In this document: positions 1 through 15,640 of the stretch, one piece after another
Layout: each line of letters opens with the position of its first letter
Numbering within the stretch: position 1 is the first letter of the stretch
Assembly (NCBI GenBank): GCA_002104905.1
Contig: MCFE01000730.1
Location: 1 to 41,656 of the forward strand
Direction of reading: 5' to 3'
DNA length: 41,656 bases
DNA from: Basidiobolus meristosporus CBS 931.73
Lineage: Eukaryota > Fungi > Basidiobolomycota
Made by a program: the position numbers and the translations under genes
Notes under the pieces: model-generated
The model's input: only the letters and a program-made list of their open reading frames with translations
The model's database searches: none
What the model was told of the DNA's origin: nothing

Positions 1-1
1 T

Positions 2-3000
2 CCTTTCAAAGATACCGCAGCCATCGGGGGCGCACAGGTCTCCGCTGCTCCCCGGGAATCCTCAGGGCCGGTTGAATTGAAAGCTTCTGATGGACAGAAG
101 CTATTGGCGATACCTACAGACGAAACGGGGCCTACCGAGTCGACTTCTGACCAGAGCCCCTCCCTGCCATCAAACAGCAGGCAAAGCGTCAACTTTGAAG
201 AGAGAGCCCCCTCTGGCGAAAGGGCGAAGGATTTTTTATGGTTCGGTGCGTCTAATCAACCCAAGGTACGGGAACAAGGGTTTCAGCGGGACCTTGAAAA
301 GTACTTGTTTTCAGGGGACAAGACCCACCGGAACGGTACGGGGCCGCACAACAATGCGGCGGCATCTGGAAACCCATCGAAATCCAGGGATCAATGGGTC
401 TCCGTGGGCAATCTCAGCATAAGCGGGCAGACCAACTTTTCGGAAGAGTTGTCCCTGGAAAAGCTGTGGACGATATTAAAGAGAAACAAGAACAGTAAAG
501 CGACCAACGTGCCGTACATGGCGGAGATTCTAAGCGAGCTTGCACTGCCATTTTATCACGAGCACGTCAATGGTAGTATAGGCCTGAGGCTCCCACCGCA
601 ACCCAAAGCTAACATGCTTTGCACATTTAGTCAAAGACTGTATGTTGGCCCTTGACATCTTCGAGTTCCTGCGGACGAACTTCCAGTTCGATGACATGGT
701 AAGAGAATGTCCCCTACGCTTGCTTCCGATTGCTCCGCTTCTCACTTCTGACGCCAGGGGTATCATTCGATCATTTTGTGGGGCGCCCATCGGCTAACGA
801 CAAAGCATATCTTGGTTAAGGTTTGTGGCTCACCCTCTAGATCATGCTCAGGACGATGCTGATGGCACTAACCCCGTACTGACAAACGCTAGCTCCGGGC
901 ATTCAGCATCTTCGAGACGATCTTCGATTCAGCCTTGAATGCGCCTCTCTACCCTTTGACTGTCCCGGTGGTCCATGCCATCATTCACGTGCTGGTCTTT
1001 GTTCTCGCTGTCTCCCTACCTGCCTACTCCTCCAACCTTGTGAACAATGAAGAAAACGACCGTCTCAGAGAGAAGACCCTCTCATTCGTGCGAGCACTGT
1101 ACGAGAATGGCTTACTTACATGCATGATATACAAGAATGAGGGAGAGCTTATAGCCACCAACGACCCCAACAACCTGCGTATCAGCGACAAAGACTCGAT
1201 TGGGAGATACGTTGTGATCGAGGGCTTGGTGTTGTGCTTACGCCACTACAGCGCCGAGGTGAAAAAGCTGGTGCTGACATTGCTGATTGAGGTAACTAAC
1301 GCATGATCTTGATTGATAGCTTCGGCCACTAAGCAGCGACCCCTTCGTAGGAATTCTGGACCTCGCTTCCTCACACGCCCTATTACGAGCATGTGCTGAA
1401 CTTGTTGTTCCGATCAGGTAGGATACTCAGTTCGTTCACATGCGTGGCCTCAACCCTCACCATGTTGCAGCCTCAAGGATACTCTCGGACCCCTCCACAT
1501 CGGCCACCGGCGGCAGCGCCGACACAACGACAAACATACTGCTTGACATGATTGTCCGGCTGGTGTATGACAAAGTGCCACCTAGGATCGAAATAAAGGG
1601 CCCACCAGAAACATACGGCGCAATGGCGCGCTTTCTGATCACAGGGCTGCTGTCAAACCAGCAAGTCCACCAGTCGATCAAGGCCAGCGAATCCATCAGC
1701 ACGCCCCGGCGTGGCTCTAAAGACAGAGCTCAATCGCAGCTTGGGTATCTGTTGGATAGCTACCTATGCAACTTCTGGGACGCCGGACGGAAGGAGGACA
1801 TAGTGAACGCCGTCAAAGATGTGGTATGTACCAACGACCGGTCTGAAATACCTGCAGTCCAGCCCCGCTAAACGCCATCTCCAGATCTCACGCGAGAAGT
1901 TGCTCGACATCGTTGGCTTTTACCAACATCTGATATACGAGATCAACCCTGCCATCGGTGCCCAGGTTCTCCAGCACACCCTGCCCGACGTTTACATGGT
2001 AAGTCCGAGAAACCCCGGCATTGTTTCTATGATGCAGCTATTCACCGGAACCCCAGAAACTCGCCGGGTCTGCGCTCCCTGCCGCCTCCTCCGATCTCAA
2101 AGAGCTGTTCCTGCGACTGTCCGTTGACCACCCAATCCACTTCTACAAGCCGTTTGTGTCGTGCGTGAGGACCAATTCCAAAAAGAAAATCGCCCGCTTC
2201 CTGCATCTCTTCGATTCACTGCAGCAACTGATGACTCCAGAGATCCTTCTGTTTCGTGATGTCGACCTGGTCGTTGTTTTGTTGCTCAGCAATATCCGGA
2301 AAGAGACCCCAAACAAGCGAGAAGGAGCACCCTCCGCGAAACGCGAGTCCATTACCTTGGGTCAGTTGGTTCTGATGCAGGAGGTGATATGGTCGGTTCA
2401 GCATCTGCGTGAAACAAGCGGTAAATCAGTAAGTGGTCAAATGAAATGAGCGAGCCTTGGTTCAGCTGGCTTACCCGGATGCACACTGTAGCACGACCGC
2501 GACTCCAAGCGCGTCCATAGAAAGTTCCTGGTCGGCCTCGAGAAGAAGCTGTCGAAATATCTGATGGCCTGGGTAATTGGGATCTGACCGTTTTTCTCAT
2601 GAAGGCATTACTGATCTGTTTGCCGTAGAGCATCGCGGACGGAGCGGAGATCCCCACCATTTTCCAGACGATGCTTTGCCGGTTGTTTCGGGAGATTCGA
2701 CTGTACACTGGATACACCGCGAGGTTCTTGTTCATTCTTCGCTTGATTGTTGCCTTGGTCTAATCCCAGTCTCTCCAGGCCCATCTGGATGTCCAAAATC
2801 ATCGACTGGCTCGATGGAACAGCTACCCAGCCGAAGGACGATGGCTCCGAGGCAAGCGACTTGGAGATCAGCGCGGCCGATTCAAACGACCTGAACTACG
2901 CCAAGATAAAGGAGGCCTATGAGTACCAGGAGGAATCCGTACCTATGGTAATGGTCTAGGCTGAGCGAGGCTTTCGAAGCATGCTAACCCCGTCATCCCC

Positions 3001-6000
3001 AGATCGTACAGAGCAGCAGATCGCAGACGTATTCGAGCGCGGAAGTGTTGAACGGTTGGTCGAGCCTTGGTCCGGCAACGCCCAGCTTCGAATTCACCAA
3101 TCTGCTATGGTCGTCCGGTACTCGGGAGTCCACCCGAAGAGAGAGGAAGGAAACGGCTCATTCGGAGATGAATGAAGAGGCAGCCGTCAAAGCGTCTGAC
3201 TGCCCTACCTTAGCACAAATCCAGGAGTGCACGGACATCATGGGCCAGATGCTTCGAGTGGCCCCCACCTCGAACAAAAACCAGGCCAAAACAGAGAAGA
3301 TTGAGAGCGAGAACCACGACCTGAGCAGCAGAATCATGGAGCTCTTCGTCACCGTTCATCAGTGTATTCGTGAAGACGAGGTGGACCGATTCGTGAAGCA
3401 TATATGGGAGTGTGGCTTGGCCGATACCCGTCAGCTCAGACTGAGAGCGTCGGTCTTCTTGTTGAATTATTTTGCGGAAAAATACACCGAGCGGATCCAA
3501 GCATTCATAAGAGAGAAGTTGTATAGGTAAGTTACCGACTCGAACGTTCTCCAGCTCGCTTGCGCCTTGCATACTAACCACACGAGTGTCTCGTCCCTCT
3601 AGTCAAAACGAGGCAACAAGGGTAGATGGTATCACGAAACTCTACGTGATCTTTGCGCAAAGACTCCACATCAGCACCCAACAGTACGTGCACGACCCGT
3701 CTCATGCGCGGCCGTTCCGCAACTTGGGCTCGGTTCTACCGTTTGTGCCAACGGATCTCGGCTCTCCCGAACCAACAGCCGAGATTTCCGAGTGGCTTTT
3801 GCAGCTGCGGAATCAAGGCACCTCTTGGAAAGAGATTCAGATGATCCAAGAGCTTGGTTGGAAAGACGACAGACAAACGGAGCAAGACGTGGACCTGCGA
3901 AAGAGCTTTACGCTGCTCCCGACGCTGTACCTGAACTCTGCGGAGTCTTTTAATGACATCCTTACCTCCAATGGGATTCGTTTATCGTCAGTCGTTACGG
4001 TACCCATCCTGGAGATCCTATCCGTGGAGCTTCTGCAACTTGCATTCGATAGCCAGTCGTGCGTAAGAGCCGCTGCTAACGACGTGATCTTCTACTGCCT
4101 TCGGGACGATCCCAACACGTTCTTGAAGCTGTATTTTGAGAGGATGACCAACAGCAAGGTTCCCCAGCAGCAAGAGCTCCTGGCGAAACTGCACCGCATC
4201 GTGGTCTACCACCGAAAGGTTCCCCCCGAATTCAGCTTCTCATTGTTCAACTACCTTCTCGGGTATCTGAGATGGTATTCGCGTGATGTGAAGAACGAAG
4301 GCCTGGAGATCTTCTCCTACGTCGCCCCTTTGTTGGCAGAGATTGTCCCGTCCACGAACCAGCTCTCCGTCCGCGAGTTCCGCAAGAACAAGCTCGACGT
4401 GTACTATCAACCCAGCGGGCAGCTGTGGTTCACCGACGGATCCCCTGCCACCATGTTCCCGCGCGGAGACAACATCAAACTCTCCCCCTTCGACATGGAT
4501 CATTTCAACATCCCGTCGGAGGTCTTTTACACGGCCACGGTGCGCATCGGTCAAACACACTTCATGTCAGGCCTTGCCAAGAGGTACCCGCACGAGATCG
4601 AGCTCATGAGAAAAATGGTGCAACTGTTCACGCCGATCCCGTGGAAGAGCATCCAGAGCTCCGTCTGGGACGGCCTCGATCGCTTTCCCGAGGAGGAATT
4701 CTTCCCAAAGATCGCCCCATATTTCCAGGACCTGTTGGACAGCCCACAGTGGGACGCCGAAGCCTCCCTCAGCCTGCGCTCCATCTCCACCCTTCAATGC
4801 AGGGCCTGGCTGCGGTATATTGAGGTGCTGTTTCGCTCTGTCCACTCGACCTACCACGATCGGCAGGAGTTCAGCCGTATCATAGCGGGAGTCAACAACG
4901 TCCTCGACTGCCACCCCAACGATCTCGGGCTCGCTGCTCAGGCCATTGTTCTGTACATCAACTCGGCCACGAAATTCGAGAGGATGTTCAAATCGAACCG
5001 CTGCTACTTTCTGATCCTCCCCGCCCTGTTCCGCTCGTATTGCGAAGCAAAGACCACCGAGACCATCCGCTCCAGCATCGAGTACGCCTGGGGCAGGTTC
5101 TACGAGATCCACGAAGAATCCTTCATCTTCCAAGTGATGGGAAGCCTGGTGCCCATCATCCTCAAGTCGTTTGCCAAATCGAAAGAGTTCGGAACTCATC
5201 TGGTCAACTCGTTCTTCCGGCTGATGAAGGTCTTGCGAGAGCAGCCAGTGTCGGACCGTCTCGGGGTCTCGACCTCCGCAATCACCTCCGAAGGGGACGC
5301 GGGGATCTATAGCACCCCCGAGGTCCAGATCAAGAAGATCACCAAGGCATCCACATCGGCGGCTGCGGTTTTGCGCAACACCCTGCCGCACAGGAAGAGC
5401 AACTTCACCACCGAGGACCTGTTCAAACTGTTCATGACCATCATCGCGCACGACCCCGGGTCTTTGCGTGCCCAGCAGTTCGTGCAGATCCTACCGCACC
5501 TCTTGCCACTGTTCGTCAAAGAAAGTCCGGAGGTCAGGAATCTGGTGATCGAAGGGATTGTTGCCCTGGTGAGCGTCTTCCACAAATTCTCGCGCAACTC
5601 CAAGCCCGTCTCCACCGGAGAGAAGCACGACCACTTCGAGCCGGTCGATGGGATGATTTACAAGGCGGCCAACGAGGATCTGGGCGTGGACCAGCAGAGC
5701 ACTACCTTCAACGTGAACACCAACCGCAAGAAGAATTGGAAGCAGAACGACCACGTGGTTGTCAAGGTGGAGTTCCTGCAGCTAATCCAGGTGTACGCCC
5801 AGTTGGGATTCCCCCTTTCCACGCTGGAATACGAGAGTCTCAGTGCGATCATCAAGTCGGTGCTGCGCGACTACAACACCATCAAAGGCTTTGTCTCGTC
5901 CGATTGGATCCGAGATTTCGTCATCGCGACAATCCTTCCGCTGAAGAACGTCGAAGAGGCCCGCTTGGCCATGGCCATCATGTTCAAGCACCTGGCACCT

Positions 6001-7539
6001 ACGATGAGAACCTACCAGAAATCATGTGACTTCAGCGGGATCCTGCAGTGCATCACCTTCGTTGTGAAGCGATACCACAAGCGAATGAATTCCGATTTCT
6101 ACCACATGCTGCTGGAGCGGTTCATCAACCCCAGCTTCTCCATCGTCCTGCGTGAGGAGATCGGGGAACGACACAAGCACTTCGTGACCTTCTGCGAAAC
6201 TCTGGTGGAGCTCTTCACGGTGATGACGGTGTACACGAAGGTGGACACGTTCGAGGAGCTGAACAAGATCATCCCCACGCCGATCACCATGCGACGCATC
6301 GTGATCCCCATCTGCCTGAAACTGGATGTCAGCCCGTACCTGAGCCGAACCTCGCCGGTCTTTGACAAGGAGGGGCCTCGGAGAGCCATCCACCATTGGA
6401 TGAACATCATCAAATTCCTGACGAGAAACTGCCTGCGCGCAGTGGACGTCCTCTCCAAGCTCTCCTCCCTCTCCAATCTCCAGATATCTGCGATACCGGA
6501 GGCCAGCAGCACCGAGTCGGTCACCCAGTCCCTCACCCAGCACACGTTCTCGGCCTCGGCAATGCTGATGCTTCACTTCGTTGCTCTGAAAATCGCCATG
6601 CTTCGCAGCGAATCCTACCTCGCCATAGATGCGGCGATTTGGGCGGATTTGGCCCACTTCATACACCGGCTTGCCTCCACCAGCCAAACGATCGATGCTA
6701 CTGGCGACACTCAACACTCCATCTGGTCCCCAAAGCCTACCACAGGCTCACACGATGGCCCATCCAGCCCAACCACCCCAGCCCTGCCCTCGCCCGTTCA
6801 AGGGTTCCTTCCCGATCCATCTGTTTCGCTCAAGCCATTCGAATATGTGATGTGGTCGTTCCTTGAATTCCTCACGCTCTATCAGCACCCAGTGTTCCCT
6901 TATTTCCAGTCCTACCTGCATGTCAAACTACAGTCCAACAGCGGCGTGGTTCATTTCCGTAACACGGTGGTGAAGTCGATGAGCCCCCACCGACACCAGG
7001 GATCGTCCACAGTGGACCCGACCCACCAAAGACCCAAGTGGAAATCCTGGGGTGGCTCAAGACCCATCACCAGTCACGGAACCCCTTCGAGGACGGAAAG
7101 GCCGACCCCGTCGTCCACTCCACTTCTCAACACCACCCCCTCCCGGATAGTAGAGGAGAACCCATTCCAGGATCCACCCACGATCCATATAGAATCAGAA
7201 CCTTCTTTCCGAAAACGCAGGAATTCCAACTTGAGTGTCAATACAGAACCACTTGGGCTGTCGCATTATAGCGCACCCAATTCCCCGCGTACACCCAACT
7301 CGACGGAGCCTCGAAGGCCCAGCTTCGATTACGTATCGTCGAGTGTGGTGACTAGCAACAAGCTTTTCGACCAGACTCTCAGAATCATCGAAGCGATCGA
7401 ACAATACCTGGGTATCCATTCCCCCATCAAACCCTTCCAAAGCCGGATCCGCAGTCGAACCTCGAACGAAGCACAACAGCAATTGCTAGAAGAGATGAAC
7501 CTGATCATCGAGTTCTTCCCTACGCTATTTCGGAAGTAG
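2..7539 (+). CDS. UNC80: UNC80-like large scaffold protein, multi-exon, 5'-partial (begins before the window)
   Basis: The frame is open from position 2. Short GT-AG introns with CTAAC-like branch sites join ORFs 77-655, 935-1306, 1440-1871, 1819-2127, 2156-2449, 2747-2959, 3045-3530 and the 3.9-kb last exon (stop 7537-7539). Segments FLKLYFERMT..LHRIVVYHRKVPPEFSFSLFNYLLGYL, YFLILPALFRSY..SIEYAWGRFYEIHEESFIFQVMGSL and IIAHDPGSLRAQQF resemble animal UNC80 as I recall it; this was not searched. Confidence 0.7.
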
Positions 7540-8353
7540 CCCCGCCCCACGGCCCGCTCACTAACATGGAAAGCCACCTTTATCGCGCCACCTCTTTCCT
7601 TTGGCACGGTTTGAATTGCCAAGCTGGTTTGTACATTTTTTCTGAGCTCGAACTCATGCCTAACCGTCCCCCACCCTTTTCCTCTCCTAAACCCCTTGGA
7701 CGAGTGTGCTTGACCTGTGCTCCTAAAATACCCCGGCACCGTGAGGATCATTTTTTCTATCACCTTTGTTCCTCCACCCTGCTTATCTATCTGCAATGAA
7801 TAAATGCCCACCATTGGGTGGGATTTTCCTGGACGCACAAGACACTGATGCTTTTTTCGACTTCTCGCTAAACCAAATTCTCTGCAACAATGTATAGCTT
7901 ACCGCCATTACAATCTCGATGAATCCACACGTTCGACAAGATTCTGTTTTTTCACCGAAAAACTGTCGAGGTAACAACCACCAGGCATCTTGATGACAGC
8001 TTTGTCCAATGATCTTACGCCCATTATGTATTCAATATGGTAGCGTCGCTTACCTTCCGGGATGAAAATGCTGCTTAAGGCCAGGTCTATTGAGGGTAGG
8101 AAGGTGGGTAATGGTAATGGTAGCATTTGCGGTAACGGTAACGGAGACGGAACTAGTATTGTATCGGTAATGGCCATGATCCAGGGCCATGGTAATGACG
8201 GTGATGGTGTGAATACGAAGATCAAACTTTTTTTCTCTTTTCATTGAATTTTCTCAATTTAGATTCCAACTATCAGTCATAAATTTCCCCCCTCTTCTTT
8301 TGGTATTTTCTTCAGAGTTTTCACTCTTCTTCGTTCTTTATCCACTTGAATAA

Positions 8354-10281
8354 ATGTCTCTGGAAAACCTTCAACTTCAGATTTTGAAAACGCTCGATGC
8401 TCAAGGAGAAATCTTGGATACCAAGGATTTCACCCTTGAGGATGGCACCCAAGTCGACCAACTCGTTATCCTTGGTGCTTTGAACAGTTTGTTGAGCAGA
8501 GAGGTGGGTGTTGCCGATGCTTAGAACTTCCCAGATTTCGGGGGTTGTCGTCTGTTTAGTTATCCTCTTTATTTAACCACCATATTTGCCGGTTTTCTTC
8601 AGATGGTCGAATATCAATCCCTTGACTCCGAAGTCTGGTACCTCACTGAGGAAGGAAAGGAGATCTCAGCTTCTGGTAGTCACGAAGTTGTTGTATTCAA
8701 TACTATTCCCGAAGGTCCTGAAGGAATCGCTATTTCTGAGCTCCAGGTATGTGTAATCCCAAGCTTACTCCGAGGGTAGCCCTCTGGAATCCTTGGTGTT
8801 AACTATTTTGCATCTCCATAGGCTAAGTTAGGTAATGTCGCCAAGATCGGTCAAGGCAAAGCCTTCAAAAATAAGTGGATCAAGAAGAACGGTGCCAACC
8901 TTGTCCGTGCTGTAAGTACACCATTCTACAGTGCTTGATTCAAACCCATGCTAAACTCCACGTAACTATGGTAGGTCGAGAAAGTCGAAGACCAAACCAA
9001 GGAGGACTTGATCGTAATCCAAGAGACCGGCTCTCACCCCAACGCCGAAGTTCTTAAGGATCTGAAGCGCAGAAAGCTCTGTGACAAACAGTAAAGAATC
9101 TCTTTCTATCGTGCTCCACCAATAGAAGATTTCTCAACAGTATCATCAATCTTAGAAAGGTTACCACCTACTCTGTTAAGAAGGGTGCCAAGTTCGCCTT
9201 GACCATTCAAAAGCAGGCCACTGAACTCACCTACGAAATGATGCAAAGGTAAATTATCTCCCGCGCCCGTTATTCTGTCCATAACATCCAATACCAATAT
9301 ATCAACCATTTGAACGCTAGCGGTGAATGGAAGAACCAAACTTTCAAGAAATACAACTTCGATGCCGTTGGTATCACTCCTCCAGGAGGTCACCTTCACC
9401 CTCTTCTTAAAGTCCGTGAAGAATTCCGTCAAATTTTCTTTGAGATGGGTTTCACCGAAATGCCTACAAACAAGTTCGTCGAGTCCTCTTTCTGGAATTT
9501 CGATGCTCTTTTCCAACCTCAGCAACATCCTGCTCGTGATATGCACGACACCTTCTTCTTGAAAGATCCCGCCACCACCAACAGCTTCCCCGAAGAGCTT
9601 TTGAAAAAGGTCAAGGATATCCATACCAATGGTGGTCATGGCTCCATTGGCTACGGCTATGATTGGAAGGAAGAAGAAGCCCAAAAACTTCTTCTCAGAA
9701 CTCACACTACCGCTGTAAGCTCCAACATGCTTTATCACCTTGCACAACAGCCCAAGTTCACTCCCGCCAAATACTTCTCTATCGATCGTGTGTTCCGTAA
9801 CGAAACCGTCGATGCCACCCATTTAGCTGAGTTCCATCAAGTCGAGGGTGTTGTTGCTGACAAGAACCTGACTCTTGGTGATCTCATTGGTTTCATGGAG
9901 GAATTCTTCAAAAAGCTTGGCGTTGAGAACATCCGCTTCAAGCCTGCTTTCAACCCCTATACTGAGCCAAGCATGGAAGTTTTCTCTTATCATGAGGGTC
10001 TTCAAAAGTGGGTTGAAATCGGTAACTCCGGAATGTTCCGTCCTGAAATGTTGCTTCCTCTCGGACTTGATCCCGATGTCCGTGTTATTGCCTGGGGTCT
10101 CTCATTAGAGCGTCCAACAATGATCAAATACGATATTGATAACATCCGTGAGTTGTTGGGACACAAGGTCGATTTGGCTATGATCAAGACCAATCCAGTC
10201 TGCCGTCTGGACAAGAAGATGGGTAAAGAACTTGAAGGCGAAGAAAGCAAGGCGGAGCCAGTTCCTAACCCTATTCACTAG
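8354..10281 (+). CDS. FRS2: Cytoplasmic phenylalanyl-tRNA synthetase alpha subunit (multi-exon)
   Basis: ATG at 8354 ([14 protein letters not shown]), several short introns, then class II motifs [76 protein letters not shown] and [12 protein letters not shown]. Confidence 0.97.
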
Positions 10282-10522
10282 AGGATACGTAGTAGCATGG
10301 CCATTTTCCAATTTTCTCTATCGGATTGATGATTCATAATAAAATTCCATTTTCTCATCGAAGCCCCACATGATTAAGCACCACTGTTCGAAGTTGCTGG
10401 GTGTTTGCTGTATTGTCCTGCTTAAAATGAGGCGAAGATTGGAATACAATTACTTCTGCCCACTAGACCTTGAACGAAACAGACAAGATTTGGCTTTTCC
10501 ACGTATTGTTTTTATTTGGCTT

Positions 10523-12762
10523 TCAATCTGATGATGAGTCATCTGCCTTCCTATTTCTTCTACTTAGCAGTGTGGCCTGATCTAAACTAAGCTCGAATCC
10601 TTGGCTGGAAGAATCATCCGAGTTACCATTCTGTTCTGCCAAATTCTTATCTGCTGCCAAGATTTCAGCGGATACTACACCCGGACCTGGTGTTAGATGA
10701 CCACGTCGGCGTGGCTTATATTCGTTGTTCATTCCTGCATTTTGAAAAGCTGTGTTGATGGTATTGATATCTTCCTCATCGAAGCTATTGTCGACATTGT
10801 TTAAGAAGGATCGTTCATGGATATGGTTGTGTGCGGAACCATTTGTTCGTTCGTATTGCTCTTGCAAAGCAATCCGGAATCGTTGCTTTGCGGCCTCCTC
10901 GTCTTCCATTCGGTACACAGCATATGACACATCGATTGCCTCCTTGATGGAGATACTTGGTGTAACAGGGAGTGGCATTGGATGGCGGTCTTTACGAGTC
11001 ATGGTAAGTGTAGGGCCATGGAATGGTGTTGCTACATGCTCTCTTGTTGGGTGGAATTCGTCATCTGATTCGTGAGGTGAAGTTGCTTCAGGGTGGGTAG
11101 AATCAATCTCCTCAACCTCGGAGTGGAATTGAACGCGTTTTTCGGTCTATAATTTTCAACAATACCAATGTTAATCCGGTGAAGAACAAAGCAGATACTG
11201 TTGTGGTATTACGTTGATCTGTACCCACGGATGGGCGAAAAAGTCATTGATTGTGTACCGAGTTGAGGGATCAACGGTCAACAGTTGAGATATAAGGTCC
11301 TTGGCTGTAGAGTCAACACATTAGATATGTATATTTTGTGGGGGTATTTGATGAACTTACCGCTATCTGAAATATCATCCCACCATGGTGACAGGAAAGT
11401 GTATTGACCATTCGCCACTTTCTCGGTAAGAACTTGGATATCTTCGTCGTAAAATGGTGGAAACCCGCAGAGTCTTTTACGAGCATAATGGTTGTTAATG
11501 CCAACAAGCAAGCGGGTTTGCTGAGGAGTAATGAATGGGTACGTACAGGGTATATAATACACAGCCTAGAGCCCACATATCTACAGATTTGCTATACCGT
11601 TCGTCCCTGACCACCTCTGGGGCTGTGTATCCAAGTACGCAAGAGTTAAGGACATAAAAAATGCTATTGTTTAAATAGGTGACAAAAGAGATGTCTAATC
11701 CCAAAAAAGATATCTGTTCCACAAGGGGTCATGGTGTCACTGTTCCACACCACTTTGGATAGACCAAAATCCGCTATCTTGACCACGCCGATTCCTCCAC
11801 CACCAATTCCTTCTATAAAATCTCCCTCATCCAACTTTTCTTCGTCAAGTTCAGAAGGCTCCTCTAATGACGCATCACCATATCTATATGGAATTGTTTG
11901 AAAAAGTAAATTCTCGGGCTTAATGTCCCTAATGAATGAGGTAGTTAATATTTGTGCAGAGTCGTTATATATATTAACCCTAGACACCTATGAACCACGC
12001 CCTTTTCTTCGTGTAAGTAGCGGATCCCCTGGGCTACTTGCAGAATAACATGCCGAGCAAGGGCCTCGGAAAAATATGTGAGCTTTACAATTCTATGAAA
12101 AATTTCTCCTCCTCCTAGGAGTTCCAAAACAAGATAGTAGAAATCCTTAGTATCCTTGAAATCCAGCAATTTTGCCACATTAGGGTGGCTGATGTTGCGC
12201 ATAATTGTGGCTTCTTTCAGTACATTTCCTCGCTAAAACAGATCATGATAGTTAGAGTTGCTGTTAACTTCATAAAAGAATATCTTGTGTACCTGAATCG
12301 CATTCAGTTGGAATTTTCGCACCACTTTGACAGCTACAAGCTTCTGGCAAGTTCGATCCCATGCTTTGTAAACGTTGCTGAAAGCGCCACTTTTTGGGAC
12401 ACACGATTAATATGTGAAAGCTCTCGTCAACCAAGGTTTACCACTTGCACTTACTCTCCCAGCTTTTCTAGTAGTTTGTACCGATCCAAATCAGGATATA
12501 GAGGAATACTTGGGTCACCTTTGGGTTCGCTTTCATGACTAGATTTTACTGGGGCTTTATGTATTGGGCAGCCATTGGAATGGCTATTCATAGATATTTC
12601 TGGAGAAAGAGGGGCGAAAACAGAACTAGCATGTTTACTAGTGCTAGTGGGTTCGTGAACTAGAATGGAAGGCAATTTTAGTTCGAAATCAGGAAGTATG
12701 AGTGTCAAGTCGCCTTTACCGGAGGTAGCACTCTTTAAGATGCTTTTAATCTGCTTCATCAT
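10523..12762 (-). CDS. SRK1: Srk1/Rck2-family (MAPKAP/CaMK-like) Ser/Thr kinase, multi-exon
   Basis: Exons encode [77 protein letters not shown] and [13 protein letters not shown] 10523-11002 is the family C-terminal tail (DVSYAVYR; [14 protein letters not shown]), joined through an intron after HPWVQIN. Confidence 0.9.
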
Positions 12763-14569
12763 CGTGGTGGAGGTTTCAAGTTTACAAAGCGTGTGACAAG
12801 TGCGGTAGATGTTCTTAAGCGAATGACACTATATATTGGTCATGGAATCTTGCCAGGACCGTAGGGAAGCACGGGAGGAGGTCGCAACTTTAGTGCAGAA
12901 AGTGGCAACAGTCAAAATACAAAATGGAGAAGGGCAGTTTTTAAAATCTATGAGGCAGTGTATTCACCTGATGAAAATCCTAATCAGCTTTGGTTTTGAG
13001 GCCGATATTGGGACTTTAAGTAGGTGGCTGATTGTAGACACTTGAGATCAAGCTGATTTGAGGACACATATGCCATTGTTTACTAATTTACTTTCTCGTT
13101 ACTTGAATCTTACTGACGATCTAATTGCATAGCATGTATGCACCTTTACATTTAACTTGAAACTCGTCTGGTAGAATCCGAAACACCAATCGGCCGAAGA
13201 AGCAACCATCCATTGGCCTGGTTTTAATGCCGATTTTCTGTGATATCGTGAATATGTAAATATGCCTATTAGTGGTAAATGAAGCCTCAACCACGCAGCT
13301 ACATACAGCTCCAGTAGCTGAACGTTGAGAAACATGCCATATGATCTAGGCCTGCCGCATCTAAATGTGGCATGTGTTCTATAGATCGACATACCTACAA
13401 CCTGACTGTCCTGCTGCTTCAAAAGTATTCCTATTTTTATGTTAACCAAGGCACAGTGATGCAAGTCAATGCGATATTCGCGAGGAGACACTATCCAATT
13501 ACATCATTGTCTCATAGCCTACCTTTCGGCTGTACAATGATGGAATCTCATCAGATGAAATAATGTGTTTCTAAATTAAGAGTAATTGACGGTACAATGA
13601 TGGTGACACTTGGAGTAACTTTCAATCTTCGAGTCAATGGAAGTATGTGTCTGTGTTAGGTGCAAGTTTGGGGTTTTCCGCAATTGTTCTTTTCAGTATC
13701 AACCCCGGATGGTTCTTACCCAAGTGAAATGCTTCCAGTTTCTGTATGATTGACCAGGCTAACGGGCTGGCTTATCCGCTTCAGCGGGCCTGGGCTTGCA
13801 TGTTCCGTTCTCTTCAGCTTCAGGATTGATCTCGCACGTATGTTGCTCTAACATCTATAACAAAACAACTAAAAGTGCTCTATAAATCGGCATGGAAGAT
13901 GAGGTGTACACGCCAAGGGAAAAAAGATGAATTTGAAATTTGTGAAGCATGGGTCAATGGCTGCTTGTTGAGCACATCGATCTTCAATGGATCCGTGCCG
14001 CGCTGGAGAAAGCACTAGAAAAATCGTGGTATCGTCATTGATTGATGATTTTTAATAATAGCGAGTGTACCAAATTCGCCGAGACTCTTTTCTAGGTTGA
14101 CGGTGCTGTCTCATTTGTGGTGGGGATAATGGTTTCAGATCCGGAGGAAAGTAACGACACCATTCTAATATGTTGCATAAAAGAACTTTTGATAAATCAT
14201 CGGATTTACACCAAGCATGCAGCATGGTCCCTGCACAAAGATGACCTGTATACATTGAGTGGGTCTTTCTGCTTGGTCTGACTCATTAGCGTGCTAAAGT
14301 CCGATGATAATAGGCGCCAAATGATATATGTCGATCCAATCTGATTGAGGCTGCTTTGAATCAAATAAAATATTGGAAATTTGCCGTTAACGTATTCAAG
14401 TTTATTGATCTAATCACAAAAGTTTGGACTGCTTCTAGTAAGGATTTAGATGATTCTTTCACGTTTCATCATAGCCCCAAATTCAGTGCAGCCATTTCTT
14501 GGATTCAAGTTGGTTTGACTTTTATTGGGGCCTGAGGGCTGGCGTAATCCAAGGTTGCAACAACTATAA

Positions 14570-15640
<1,071 letters not shown>

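Noticed and set aside
4567-5451. 294-aa antisense ORF and neighbouring antisense ORFs (6022-6717, 4240-4560)
   Set aside because: Shadow frames of the GC3-rich UNC80-like exon, with no motif or splice support.
7908-8247. GGTAAT/GGTAAC low-complexity run and a Pro-Leu-rich minus-strand ORF with GTAAG donors
   Set aside because: The splice phases I tried lead to stops. It is probably UTR or promoter low-complexity sequence.
9106-9822. Long antisense ORFs over PheRS, GAPDH (14621-14956) and RPS16 (24592-25329)
   Set aside because: Expected from the codon bias of highly expressed genes on the opposite strand.
10523-11002. Apparently separate 159-aa gene
   Set aside because: It splices in frame to the kinase exons and matches the Srk1/Rck2 C-terminal tail.
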